A DNA stretch of 54,429 bases from Verrucomicrobiota bacterium (GTDB lineage: Bacteria; Verrucomicrobiota; Verrucomicrobiia; Limisphaerales; CANJSG01): positions 1 through 54,429 of the forward strand of contig JAYTUE010000186.1 of NCBI GenBank assembly GCA_043744715.1, given 5' to 3'. The translations under genes and the position numbers were made by a program. The notes under the pieces were generated by a model. That model was not told the origin of the DNA. It was given only the letters and a program-made list of their open reading frames with translations, and searched no databases. Positions 1 to 9,431 of the stretch are shown piece after piece (positions within the stretch are counted from its first letter, which is position 1; each line of letters opens with the position of its first letter).

Positions 1-159
1 ACCCAATCCCTCCCTCAACTCCGAGAATACCTCCATTCCAAACCCGCACGCTCCCTGGCAATCCTCTCCCATTCATAAACCCAAACCAAAAGACCCTGAG
101 GATGCCCTGCCTACGACGGGCATTGAATCACCGGCGGCCTTGCTGCCATCGTGTTTCCG

Positions 160-1131
160 ATGAGCCACCTCAGCCGGGCCAGAGACGTCTTCGACATCGA
201 GATCGCCGCCTTGCGCGCCGTTCGCGGAAGGCTGGACGACGCCTTCGATTCCGCCGTGGACACGATCGTCGCGGCCCTGAAGGCGCGCGGAAAGCTCGTG
301 CTCGTGGGCATCGGCAAGTCGGGCAACATCGCCCAGAAGATCGCCGCCACGCTCTCCAGCACCGGTTCCACCGCCGTCGTCCTGAACAGCGTGGACGCCC
401 TGCACGGCGATCTGGGCGTCGTGAGCGATGGCGACGTGATCATCGCCCTGAGCTACTCGGGCGAGTCGGAGGAGCTGCTGTCGCTGATCCCGGCGATCAA
501 ACGCTTCACCGTGAAGGTCATTTCCCTGACGGGCGGGCTGAAGTCGTCGTTGGCGCGCTTCAGCGACATCGTCCTCGACGTGCGCGTGCCCAAGGAGGCG
601 TGCCCCTTCAACCTCGCGCCCACTTCCAGCACCACTGCGACGCTCGTCCTCGGCGACGCACTGGCCATGGCCGTGCTCGAAGCGCGCGGATTCAAGGAAA
701 AGGATTTCGCCCGCCTGCATCCCAGCGGCGCGATCGGCCGGGCGCTGTTGCTGGAGGTGAAGGACATCATGCGGACCGGTGGCCGCAACGCGATCGCCCC
801 GGAGACCATCTCGGTCAAGGAGGCGTTGCTCGTGATGACGCGCGCCAAGTCCGGCAGCGTGAGCGTGGTGGACAAACGCGGGAAACTCTCCGGCGTCTTC
901 ACCGACGGCGATCTCCGCCGCCGCATGGCGACCGATGAAGACGTGCTCATCCGCAAGCTGGCCGACGTGATGACACGCAAGCCGATCTGCATCCGCGAGG
1001 ATTCGCTGGCGGCGGAGGCGTTGAAGATCTTCAACGAACGCTCCATCGACGACCTGATCGTGGTGAACAGCCGCAAGGAACCGGTGGGCATGGTGGACTC
1101 GCAGGACCTGCCCAAGCTGAAGCTGATGTGA
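160..1131 (+). CDS. kdsD: KpsF/GutQ family arabinose-5-phosphate isomerase (SIS + 2 CBS domains)
   Basis: GIGKSGNIA, HGDLG, SYSGES, EACPFNLAPTSSTT and HPSGAIG motifs; C-terminal CBS pair. ATG 160 preferred over GTG 151. Confidence 0.92.
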   Translation: MSHLSRARDVFDIEIAALRAVRGRLDDAFDSAVDTIVAALKARGKLVLVGIGKSGNIAQKIAATLSSTGSTAVVLNSVDALHGDLGVVSDGDVIIALSYSGESEELLSLIPAIKRFTVKVISLTGGLKSSLARFSDIVLDVRVPKEACPFNLAPTSSTTATLVLGDALAMAVLEARGFKEKDFARLHPSGAIGRALLLEVKDIMRTGGRNAIAPETISVKEALLVMTRAKSGSVSVVDKRGKLSGVFTDGDLRRRMATDEDVLIRKLADVMTRKPICIREDSLAAEALKIFNERSIDDLIVVNSRKEPVGMVDSQDLPKLKLM

Positions 1132-1149
1132 AGACGGCCGCGCGGGGCG

Positions 1150-1172
1150 AATGACGAAGCGCGAAGGCCAAA
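1150..1172. repeat. Dispersed 23-bp repeat; inverted copy at 10945-10967
   Basis: aatgacgaagcgcgaaggccaaa matches the reverse complement of 10945-10967 at 21/23 positions. Confidence 0.6.
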
Positions 1173-1213
1173 GGCCGAAGAAAGTCGGAGCGTTTGGTTT
1201 CATGTCCTGTCCC

Positions 1214-1317
1214 AAAGCGCCGGAGCACCGGCGCAGTCCAAGACCTGGCGGACTTCGAATGCTCCTTTCCGAATCTCGCGCCAGCGTCTTGGACTGCGTG
1301 CGCTGCTGCGCCGCTTT
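1214..1317. repeat. Intergenic imperfect inverted-repeat element (MITE/REPIN-like)
   Basis: Left arm aaagcgccggagcaccggcgcagtccaagacctggcg (1214-1250); the right arm (1279-1317) reverse-complements to aaagcggcgcagcagcgcacgcagtccaagacgctggcg. Confidence 0.75.
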
Positions 1318-1374
1318 TCCTCCTTCGCCTCGTGCCTTGCCGGGTTGGCGACAGCCGTTAGCTTGCGGCCACTG

Positions 1375-3525
1375 ATGCCGCTTCGTCCCCACCACCTCGC
1401 CATCGCACTGGCCGTCGCCATGTTGGCGGGCTGTTCCCACGGCACGCCGTCCACCACCGTGAAATCCTCTCCCAGCCCGACGTCGCACCGTCACACCAAC
1501 CGCCTGGACCAGCAGAAGTCGCCCTACCTGCTCCAACACGCGCACAACCCGGTCGATTGGTTTCCCTGGGGCGAGGAGGCCTTCGCCAAGGCGCGCGCCG
1601 AGGGCAAGCCCATCTTCCTCAGCATCGGCTACTCCACCTGCCACTGGTGCCATGTGATGGAGCGCGAATCGTTCGAGAACGAGGACGTGGCCAAGTTCCT
1701 CAACGAACTCTTTGTCAGCATCAAGCTCGACCGCGAGGAGCGTCCCGACGTGGACAAGATCTACATGACCGCCGTGCAGGCCATGGGCCAGGGCGGTGGC
1801 TGGCCGTTGAACGTCTTTCTGACTTCGGATCTGAAGCCGTTCTACGGCGGCACCTACTTTCCGCCGGAACCAAAATACGGACGCCCCAGCTTTCTCCAGA
1901 TCCTCGGCAAGGTCGCCGACGTCTGGAAGAACCGGCGCGGCGAAGTCTCCGACCAGGCGGACGTGCTCCACGCCAAGCTGGAGATGTTCACGAACACGCG
2001 TCCGACCAATTCCGTCGAGCTGTCCCCCGCCCTGCTCACGTCCGCGTTGGCCGCGATGAAGGAGCAGTTCGAGCCGCGCTACGGCGGCTTTGGCGATGCG
2101 CCCAAGTTTCCCCGGCCCATGCAGCCGCTCTTCGTCCTGCGCCAAGGCGTCCGGCAACACGACGACGAAGCGATCAACGCCGTCCTCTTCACCTGCGAAC
2201 GCATGGCGGCCGGGGGCATGAACGACCAGCTCGGCGGCGGCTTCGCCCGCTACTCGACCGACGCGAAGTGGCTCGTGCCGCACTTCGAGAAGATGCTCTA
2301 CGACAATGCCCAGCTCGTGCAGCTCTACCTCGACGCGCACCTCGTCAGCGGCCGGGCGGACTTCGCCGAGGTGGCCCGCGACGTCCTGCGCTACGTCCAG
2401 CGCGACATGACGCATCCGCAGGGCGGCTTCTATTCCGCCGAAGACGCCGACAGCGAAGGCAAGGAAGGCAAGTTCTACTGCTGGACCGAAGCCGAGCTGA
2501 AGGCGCTGCTGACGCCGGAGGAATTCGCCGTGGCCAAACGCGTCTTCGGCATCACGGCCAAGGGAAACTTCCTCGACCACAGCGATCCGAATCCGCTGCC
2601 CGATCAGAATGTCCTCAGCCTGGTTGATCCGAAATTGAGTGCGACCGAGAAGCCAATGCTCGACTCCGCCAAGGCCAAGATGTTCGCCGAACGCGCCAAA
2701 CGGATTCGGCCGCATCTCGACGACAAGGTGCTGACGTCTTGGAACGGCATGATGCTTGGAGCCTACGCCCGCGCCGGCGCGGTGTTGAACGATCCGTCCT
2801 ACATCGCGGCGGCCGAGAAGAATCTGAAGTTCATCCGGGGCACGATGTGGGATGCGAAGACCAAAACGCTCTACAGCCGTTGGCGCGATGGGGAACGCGA
2901 CCAGGTCCAACTCCTCGACGCCTACGCCAATCTGCTCGCCGGCACGCTGGAACTCTATTCGGCCACGCTCGAAGCGGACCATCTGGCCTTCGCCATCGAT
3001 CTCGCCGAGGCCATGCTGAAACGCTTCCACGATCCGGAGCACGGCGGTTTCTGGCAGAGCGCCGATGGGACCAAGGACCTGATCCTGCGGGTGAAGGAGG
3101 ATTACGACGGCGCGGAGCCATCGGGGAATTCCACGGCCACGCTGGCGTTGCTCAAGCTGGCCGCGATCACCGAGCGGAAAGATTTCCGCGCCGCCGCCGA
3201 AGGAACGTTGCGCCTCTTCTCAAGCCATCTCACGGACCGTCCGCTCGGCGTGCCCCAGCTTTTGACGGCCCTGGACTTCGCCATGGAAGAACCTAGACGC
3301 GTCGTCCTTGTAGGCGACCCGAAGTCTCCGGAGTTCCGCAAACTGATCGCGGCAGCACACGCCACATACCAGCCGAACAAGGTCATCCTCGGGCAGGCCG
3401 GCCCGGTGGAAGCCTTCGCCAAGACGTTGCCGAAGCATGGTCCCGCCACGGCCTACGTCTGCACCGGCACCGCGTGCCAACCACCGACGGACAAGGCGGA
3501 GAAGCTGGTGAAGCTATTGAGGTAG
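1375..3525 (+). CDS. Thioredoxin-domain/six-hairpin protein (YyaL/SSP411, DUF255), with predicted lipoprotein signal
   Basis: [38 protein letters not shown] and [11 protein letters not shown] motifs; N-terminal hydrophobic stretch ending LAGC. Confidence 0.9.
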   Translation: MPLRPHHLAIALAVAMLAGCSHGTPSTTVKSSPSPTSHRHTNRLDQQKSPYLLQHAHNPVDWFPWGEEAFAKARAEGKPIFLSIGYSTCHWCHVMERESFENEDVAKFLNELFVSIKLDREERPDVDKIYMTAVQAMGQGGGWPLNVFLTSDLKPFYGGTYFPPEPKYGRPSFLQILGKVADVWKNRRGEVSDQADVLHAKLEMFTNTRPTNSVELSPALLTSALAAMKEQFEPRYGGFGDAPKFPRPMQPLFVLRQGVRQHDDEAINAVLFTCERMAAGGMNDQLGGGFARYSTDAKWLVPHFEKMLYDNAQLVQLYLDAHLVSGRADFAEVARDVLRYVQRDMTHPQGGFYSAEDADSEGKEGKFYCWTEAELKALLTPEEFAVAKRVFGITAKGNFLDHSDPNPLPDQNVLSLVDPKLSATEKPMLDSAKAKMFAERAKRIRPHLDDKVLTSWNGMMLGAYARAGAVLNDPSYIAAAEKNLKFIRGTMWDAKTKTLYSRWRDGERDQVQLLDAYANLLAGTLELYSATLEADHLAFAIDLAEAMLKRFHDPEHGGFWQSADGTKDLILRVKEDYDGAEPSGNSTATLALLKLAAITERKDFRAAAEGTLRLFSSHLTDRPLGVPQLLTALDFAMEEPRRVVLVGDPKSPEFRKLIAAAHATYQPNKVILGQAGPVEAFAKTLPKHGPATAYVCTGTACQPPTDKAEKLVKLLR

Positions 3526-3559
3526 GGCGGGCACCCTCGATGGTTGTGCGGCCGATGAG

Positions 3560-3973
3560 TCAGTCGTCCCGTCCGACTCGGCGGTTGGATTTCTTCGTGG
3601 AACGCCGCGCCTTGTCGGCGAGGTTGCGGAGTTTGGCGCCCTTGCTCCGCCCGCGTTTCTGACGACGGAGCTTTTCCACCCGGGAGCGTTCGGCCTCGTG
3701 CCGTTCACGACGGGCGGCCTCCAGCTTGTCGAGGAGCATCGTGCGGGCGAGGACTCGGTTTTGGCCCTGATGCCGGGTGGTCTGGCATTTCACCTGGAGG
3801 CCGCTGGGCCTGTGGGTGAGATGGACGCAGGTGGCGACCTTGTTGACGTTCTGCCCACCGTTGCCGCCGGAGCGGATGAATGATTCCTCCAAGTCGGCGT
3901 CGGTCATGCCCAAGGCGGCCATGCGCCGGGCGATGGCATCCTGTTCGTCATGGCTGTCGTTGGGTATCCCCAT
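3560..3973 (-). CDS. RF-1 domain peptidyl-tRNA hydrolase / ribosome rescue factor (ArfB/C12orf65-like)
   Basis: ESFIRSGGNGGQNVNK (GGQ motif), no codon-recognition domains, basic C-terminal tail. Confidence 0.85.
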   Translation of the reverse strand: MGIPNDSHDEQDAIARRMAALGMTDADLEESFIRSGGNGGQNVNKVATCVHLTHRPSGLQVKCQTTRHQGQNRVLARTMLLDKLEAARRERHEAERSRVEKLRRQKRGRSKGAKLRNLADKARRSTKKSNRRVGRDD

Positions 3974-3986
3974 GGGGCGAGCCTAG

Positions 3987-4009
3987 GTGGAAACCGGAGT
4001 CCGGTTCCA
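3987..4009. repeat. Small GTGG-tagged REP-like hairpin
   Basis: gtggaaaccggagtccggttcca; stem aaccgga/tccggtt. Confidence 0.4.
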
Positions 4010-4030
4010 GCCCGGAGGTCGGCACACAGT

Positions 4031-4153
4031 TCTCCATCCTAATCTTAATCTTCTTCTTGATCTGCCCCGGCGGCGGAAGAGGCGGGCGATCAGGAGAAAG
4101 ATCAGGATCAAGAGATGGAAGAACGAGGGCGAGAAGGAGAAGGACGAGTTCGA
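4031..4153. repeat. Imperfect inverted repeat built of hexamer units, followed by purine-rich hexamer repeats
   Basis: tccatcctaatcttaatcttcttcttgatc pairs with gatcaggagaaagatcaggatcaagagatgga; then acgagggcgagaaggagaaggacgag. Confidence 0.6.
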
Positions 4154-4199
4154 GGAGCGGCACTTGCCAACGCGCCGGTGGTTCCGCCAGATTAACTCC

Positions 4200-4754
4200 G
4201 TGAAAAGCGTGTTTACCGGCCCCGTGTTCGTCGTCCGTGACAACATCGACACCGATCAGATCATCTCCGCCCAATACCTGAACCTCGTGCCCACCATCGC
4301 CGAGGAATACGAGAAGCTCGGCAGCTACGCGCTCGATGGCCTGCCCAAGTCGCTCTACCAGACCCGCTATGTGGAGGAGGGCCAGCTCGACTCGAAGTAT
4401 CCCATCGTCGTCGCCGGCCGGAACTTCGGCTGCGGCAGCTCCCGCGAACACGCGCCCATCGCCATGGGTTCGGCCGACTGCGAGCTCGTCCTGGCCGAGA
4501 GCTTTGCCCGCATCTTCTTCCGCAACTGCGTGGCCACCGGGGAGCTTTATCCCTGCGAATGCGCCGACCGCCTGTGTGACATCTTCAAGACCGGAGACGT
4601 CGCCACCGTCGACCTCGACGCCTTGACCGTGGTTCACGAGGGCACGGGAGTGGTCTACAAGTTCAAGGACCTCGGAGACGTCCGCCCCGTGGTCGACGCC
4701 GGCGGCATCTTCAACTACGCCCGCCAGACCGGCATGATCGCGCCCAAGGCCTGA
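4200..4754 (+). CDS. leuD: 3-isopropylmalate dehydratase small subunit (LeuD/aconitase swivel domain)
   Basis: [24 protein letters not shown] and [11 protein letters not shown] motifs; GTG start at 4200. Confidence 0.85.
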   Translation: MKSVFTGPVFVVRDNIDTDQIISAQYLNLVPTIAEEYEKLGSYALDGLPKSLYQTRYVEEGQLDSKYPIVVAGRNFGCGSSREHAPIAMGSADCELVLAESFARIFFRNCVATGELYPCECADRLCDIFKTGDVATVDLDALTVVHEGTGVVYKFKDLGDVRPVVDAGGIFNYARQTGMIAPKA

Positions 4755-4775
4755 TTCTCGCCAAAACAATTTCGC

Positions 4776-4808
4776 AACGGCGCGTCTTCGGACGCGCCGT
4801 TTTTGTTT
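4776..4808 (+). terminator. Rho-independent terminator
   Basis: aacggcgcgtc-ttcg-gacgcgccgtt followed by a T-rich tract, just after the leuD stop. Confidence 0.85.
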
Positions 4809-4887
4809 CCCGCAGAAGGCTTCGGGCTTGGTTGAATACTCCGGAGGGCTCTAGGGTCGAAGCCGCATGATTTGCTGGCAGAAAAGG

Positions 4888-6534
4888 ATGGAGCTCCCAA
4901 GACCACTCCGGGGTTTGATCGCCACCCTGATTTTCACCGTCCTTTTCGGTGTGGGCTGCGGTGCGGCTACCAGCCCCGAAACGAAGCCTCCGGCGAAGAA
5001 AAAGGTTGAGCCACCCAAGGAATCGGCCGCCGACAGAACGGCCAACGAACTCTTCGCCGGGCAGATTCCCAAGATCCGGATCGACATCCCGAAGGAGGAG
5101 ATGCAGTCCCTCCGCAACGACCGGAAGAAGAGCGTCAAAGCCACCGTCAGCGAAGGCACCAACACCTGGAAGAACGTGGCCATCCACGTCAAAGGCGCGG
5201 CCGGCAGCACGAGGAGCATCGATGACAAGCCGGCCCTGACGCTGAACATGGACAAGTTCGTCAAAGGCCAGAGCTTCCACGGCCTCGACAAGTTCCACCT
5301 CAACAACTCCGTGCAGGATCCGTCCTTCATGACGGAGATCCTCTGCGGCGACCTCTACCGCAGGGCCGGCGTGCCCACCGCCCGTGGCACCCATGCCCGG
5401 GTGTGGCTCAACGGCCGCGACCTTGGGCTCTTCGTGCTCAAGGAGGGTTACGACAAGACGTGGCTTAGTCGGAATTTCCAGAGCAAAAAGGGCAACCTCT
5501 ACGATGGCGGGTTCCTCACCGACATCGATGGAAACATCGAGATGAGTTCCGGCCTCAGCCAGACGAACCGTTCCGATCTCAAGGCCCTCATCGCGGCGGC
5601 CAATTCCCCGATGTCCAACCGGTTGGAGCGCTTGGGCAAGATCCTCGACCTGGAGAGCTTCACCACCTTCTGCGTCCTCCAGGTTTTGACCTCGGACTGG
5701 GACGGGTATGCGGCCAAGCCCAACAACTACCGGCTCTACCACGATCCCAAGACCGGCAAATTCACCTTCATCCCCCATGGCATGGACCAGATGTTCTGGG
5801 ACTCGAACTACCCGATCACTCCCGGATTCAACGGCATGGTGGCGCGGCAAACCTTCGCCATTCCCGAGATGCACGCGCGGTATGTGGACCGGTTCCAGCA
5901 GATCGCCGAGAAGGTGTTCGTCATGGAGAGGGTGACCAACCATGTCGCCCAGCTCGAAGCCCGGATCCGTTCCAGCCTGGAGGAATTCGACAAGAACTGG
6001 GCCCGTGATTTCCCCAACAACTCCCGCGACATCCGGGACAAGGTTTTGAACCGTTCCCGCTCCATCCACCAGCAGCTCGCCTCGCTTCCCAAGCCGCTCC
6101 GGTTCGACGCCCGGTGCGCGGCGGTCGTCAGCGGTTGGCAGCCACGCCAGGAATCCGGGAACACCCGGCTGGACGCGGTCACGACGCCCGACGGCCGCAA
6201 GGCGTTCCAGGTCGTGGCCGCGAGTCCCGGTTCCGCCGGTTCCTGGCGCGCACGCCTCAACCTGCCGGCCGGACGCTACGCGCTGGAAGGGCGGGCCAAA
6301 GCCAAGGACGTCGAAGCGGTGAAAAGTGAAAAGGGGGAAGGCGCTGGCCTGCGCATCGGCGGTAACGTCCAGCCGAGGGCCAACAAGCTCTCCGGTTCCA
6401 GCGACTGGACGGCCCTGAGCTACGACTTCAGCCTGGCCAACGGCGGCGAGGTGGAACTGGTGGCCGAACTGCGGGCCAACAAGGGAACGGTCTGGTTCGA
6501 CCCGGAATCGCTCAAGCTGGTGAAGCGGCCGTAA
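4888..6534 (+). CDS. Secreted CotH kinase family protein with C-terminal beta-sandwich domain
   Basis: VAIHVKGAAGS, FHGLDKFHLNNSVQDPS, DWDGY and NNYRLYHDP..FIPHGMDQMF motifs; N-terminal signal. Start at 4867 is an alternative. Confidence 0.82.
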   Translation: MELPRPLRGLIATLIFTVLFGVGCGAATSPETKPPAKKKVEPPKESAADRTANELFAGQIPKIRIDIPKEEMQSLRNDRKKSVKATVSEGTNTWKNVAIHVKGAAGSTRSIDDKPALTLNMDKFVKGQSFHGLDKFHLNNSVQDPSFMTEILCGDLYRRAGVPTARGTHARVWLNGRDLGLFVLKEGYDKTWLSRNFQSKKGNLYDGGFLTDIDGNIEMSSGLSQTNRSDLKALIAAANSPMSNRLERLGKILDLESFTTFCVLQVLTSDWDGYAAKPNNYRLYHDPKTGKFTFIPHGMDQMFWDSNYPITPGFNGMVARQTFAIPEMHARYVDRFQQIAEKVFVMERVTNHVAQLEARIRSSLEEFDKNWARDFPNNSRDIRDKVLNRSRSIHQQLASLPKPLRFDARCAAVVSGWQPRQESGNTRLDAVTTPDGRKAFQVVAASPGSAGSWRARLNLPAGRYALEGRAKAKDVEAVKSEKGEGAGLRIGGNVQPRANKLSGSSDWTALSYDFSLANGGEVELVAELRANKGTVWFDPESLKLVKRP

Positions 6535-6627
6535 GGGCAATGGGGCTGCGGCCCGCCGCCGCTAAATACGATCAACGCGAGACCAGAAACCGAATACGGG
6601 CTTTTGGAAGTTGAAGCAGCCGGTCCT

Positions 6628-6652
6628 GCACAGGCGAGGGTGCCTGTGCCAC
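6628..6652 (-). repeat. Solo GTGG-tagged REP hairpin between convergent genes
   Basis: Reverse complement is gtggcacaggcaccctcgcctgtgc, with stem gcacaggc/gcctgtgc. Confidence 0.6.
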
Positions 6653-6671
6653 TAATCTCAGGCCGTCCTCG

Positions 6672-7559
6672 TCACGAAAACGGATTCTCGTCCCCATCAT
6701 TGCCCTGCGGTTCGTCCACGTAGAGCACGGTCTGGAGATCGCGGACCAGGACGCTGACGTAGCCGTAGCGGGCGTTCGGCTCGACGGCGAGGCACTTGAT
6801 CAGGATCGATTCCATGCCGCCGGGGATGGCGGGGTTCAGCTCCCGCGGCGCGATGATCTCGCCGGATTCATGGCAGGCGAGGATTCCCTCGGCAGTGTCT
6901 CCGATGAAAGGCTTCTGACCGGTCAACAGCTCGTAGGCGGACACGCCGTAGGCGAAGATGTCGGCCCGTTGGTCGAACGGTTCGCCCCGGAGCTGTTCCG
7001 GGGCCATGTAGGCCGGCGTGCCGGGAAGTTTGCCAAACTTCTTGGGCGATTCCGGCTTGGGCAGCGACAGGTCGAAGTCGCAGAGCTTCACCGTGCCGTT
7101 GCGGGAGACGAGGACGTTTTCCGGCTTGAAGTCGAGGTGCATGAACCCGCAGTCGTGGACGTAGTCCAGGCCCTTGGCCATGTCGACGAGGATGTTCCCG
7201 ATCATCTCGCCGAGGATCTCGTCCTGGCGCGCAAGGAGGAGTTTGAGGTTGGAGCACTCGAAGAACTCCATCGCCACGAAGAGCGACCCGTCGATCTTGC
7301 CGTTCTCGATGAACCCGACGATGAACTCGTGCGGGCTGATCTGCTCGTGGATGTCGGCCCCGTTCTTGAACCGGCCGCGCTGGCCGAAGTTGAAGCGGTG
7401 TTTGTCCAGGATCTTGCGGATGGCGAGGACTTCCCCGTCCTCGTTGGTGGCTGTCCAGATTTCGGCCGTGCCACCGGCATTGATCTGCTCCTGAAGCAAA
7501 TAGGGCCCGAACCGGATGGGTCCGGCGGGGCGGGAAGTGCTTTGATCGTCTGAACTCAT
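6672..7559 (-). CDS. Hanks-type Ser/Thr protein kinase (stand-alone, atypical motifs)
   Basis: HLDFKPEN, KLCDFDL, GTPAYMAPEQ and DIFAYG motifs. Confidence 0.88.
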   Translation of the reverse strand: MSSDDQSTSRPAGPIRFGPYLLQEQINAGGTAEIWTATNEDGEVLAIRKILDKHRFNFGQRGRFKNGADIHEQISPHEFIVGFIENGKIDGSLFVAMEFFECSNLKLLLARQDEILGEMIGNILVDMAKGLDYVHDCGFMHLDFKPENVLVSRNGTVKLCDFDLSLPKPESPKKFGKLPGTPAYMAPEQLRGEPFDQRADIFAYGVSAYELLTGQKPFIGDTAEGILACHESGEIIAPRELNPAIPGGMESILIKCLAVEPNARYGYVSVLVRDLQTVLYVDEPQGNDGDENPFS

Positions 7560-7660
7560 GTTGCTTACGGCTGACCGGTTGGGAGCTTCAGGGGGTCGTG
7601 TCGTTTTGGCAACAGTCGGGACTTGGCGATGGGGAGGCTGGTTTCTAGTTTCCCACGACC

Positions 7661-8563
7661 ATGCGGCCGTTGAGCGCGTTGTGCTGCTACATCATCTGGA
7701 TTTTCGCGGGCGGCGCGCTGCTGGCGCCATGGGCGTTCCGGTTGGTCAACGTGTTGGCGGAACACTCCGGCTTCTTCTCGTCGTGGAGCGGGGTGCCCTT
7801 TCACCGGGTCTTGAACCGCTGCCTGATCATCCTCGCGCTGGCCGGAATGGTGCCGTTTGTCCGGCGGCTCGGGGTGCGTTCCAGTTCGGAGATCGGCCTG
7901 GTTTTTCCAGCGCGCTGGCCACGCGACTTCGCCCTGTGCCTGCTGATCGGCCTCGGCTCCATCGCCGTGGTCATCGGAGTCGCGGTCATCGGGGGCGGCC
8001 GGAGTTTTGAACCCGCCGCTGGGTCGATTGGATGGAGTTCCTTCCTGCTGAAGGCGGCCGGAGGCGCGTTGAGCATCGCGCTGGTGGAGGAACTGCTCTT
8101 CCGGGGAGCCATCCTTTCCGGCTTCCGTCGGACGCTGGGATGGTTGCCGGCGCTGACGCTGAGCAGCCTGGTCTATTCGGCGGTGCATTTCCTGTCGGCC
8201 GCACGGTGGAACGGGCCGGTGACTTGGACGTCCGGTTTCGAGCTTCTCCCGCAGATGGCGACCGCCTTCACGGACCGGACCCTGATCGTTCCGGCCTTCC
8301 TGACGCTCGCCCTCGCCGGTGTGGCGCTGGGCTTCGTCTACCAACGCCAACGGCACCTCTGGGGCTGCGTCGCGCTGCACGCCGGGTGGGTCTTTGCGAT
8401 CCGGCTGGCGGCTCCTTTCGCGCCCATTGACGGACAATCCGACCTGCCTCTCTTGGGCTCGGACAAGGTGTCGGACGGATGGGTCGGCGCGGCCGTCCTC
8501 GGCCTGCTTTGCCTCTGGATCATCCGTTGGAAAAGCCGGCCCACACCGGGAGCAGGAAAATGA
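7661..8563 (+). CDS. CPBP/CAAX (Abi) family intramembrane metalloprotease
   Basis: Multiple TM helices; EELLFRG, YSAVH and ALHAGW motifs. Confidence 0.85.
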   Translation: MRPLSALCCYIIWIFAGGALLAPWAFRLVNVLAEHSGFFSSWSGVPFHRVLNRCLIILALAGMVPFVRRLGVRSSSEIGLVFPARWPRDFALCLLIGLGSIAVVIGVAVIGGGRSFEPAAGSIGWSSFLLKAAGGALSIALVEELLFRGAILSGFRRTLGWLPALTLSSLVYSAVHFLSAARWNGPVTWTSGFELLPQMATAFTDRTLIVPAFLTLALAGVALGFVYQRQRHLWGCVALHAGWVFAIRLAAPFAPIDGQSDLPLLGSDKVSDGWVGAAVLGLLCLWIIRWKSRPTPGAGK

Positions 8564-9318
8564 AGGGTTGGCCGGGTTTCCATCGGCTGTCTGAAGCCGT
8601 TCAAGGCGGGCTCGGGCTGGTTTATCCCAACGTCTGCCAACTCTGCGGCGAACACCGGGCGGACTTTGCGGAGGGATTCGTCTGCGCGGCGTGCTGGCAT
8701 CGGCCGGACGGGGTCCGGTTTGTCCGGGAACCTTTCTGCGAACGTTGCGGCCTCCCCTACGATGGGGAGATCACCGGAAAGTTCCAGTGCGGCAATTGCT
8801 CCGAACTCGCCCTCGCCTTCTCCCGTGCCCGGTCCGCCGTCCACGCCACACGCGGCGTGATGGATGTCATCCATCGCTACAAATACGGCCATGCGCTCTT
8901 CCTCGAACCGTTCCTCACCGAGCTGCTGCTCCGTGCCGCCGCGCCGGAACTGAAGGACGGTTCGTGGCATGGCCTCGTGCCGGTTCCGCTCCATCCCACG
9001 CGTCTGCGTGAACGTGAATTCAACCAGGCCGAGCGCCTCGCAACAGCGTTGTCGAAGGCGACCGGCATTCCGCTGAGGACAGGTTGGATCGAGCGGGCCC
9101 GCTTCACCGGCACGCAGACGACGCTGACCCGGTCCCAGCGGGGCGAAAACATGCGGGGTGCCTTCAAGGCCAGGCACAGGCCCAACCTCAAAGGACTCCG
9201 CCTAGTCGTGATCGACGACGTGCTGACCACCGGAGCCACCACATCGGCCTGCGCGGCGGTCCTACGGCGTGCGGGAGCCGAAGAAGTCATCGTCTGGACG
9301 GTCGCACGCGGCACGTGA
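8560..9318 (+). CDS. comF: ComF family protein (double zinc ribbon + PRTase)
   Basis: CxxC pairs, LVPVPLH..R..EREFNQ and VIDDVLTTGAT; ATG overlaps the upstream stop (ATGA). Confidence 0.85.
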   Translation: MKGWPGFHRLSEAVQGGLGLVYPNVCQLCGEHRADFAEGFVCAACWHRPDGVRFVREPFCERCGLPYDGEITGKFQCGNCSELALAFSRARSAVHATRGVMDVIHRYKYGHALFLEPFLTELLLRAAAPELKDGSWHGLVPVPLHPTRLREREFNQAERLATALSKATGIPLRTGWIERARFTGTQTTLTRSQRGENMRGAFKARHRPNLKGLRLVVIDDVLTTGATTSACAAVLRRAGAEEVIVWTVARGT

Positions 9319-9431
9319 CCGTCGAAGTCACGAGGCGGAATCGTTAGCGGGACCGCACGAACGTTCCCGTTGCCAAGGCGGACCTCACGGGTATCGTTCC
9401 GCCCTGATTCTGTCCGACTAGAGCACCCAAG

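Noticed and set aside
1-97. C/A-rich tract at the window start
   Set aside because: No periodicity or ORF I can support, and the context is truncated.
73-3042. 989-aa minus-strand ORF and other long antisense ORFs (e.g. 4711-6540, 29891-31747, 43633-45039)
   Set aside because: They are shadows of well-supported opposite-strand genes in high-GC DNA and have no recognisable motifs.
3987-4199. N-terminal extension of leuD
   Set aside because: It is translated repeat/low-complexity sequence; LeuD similarity starts at GTG 4200.
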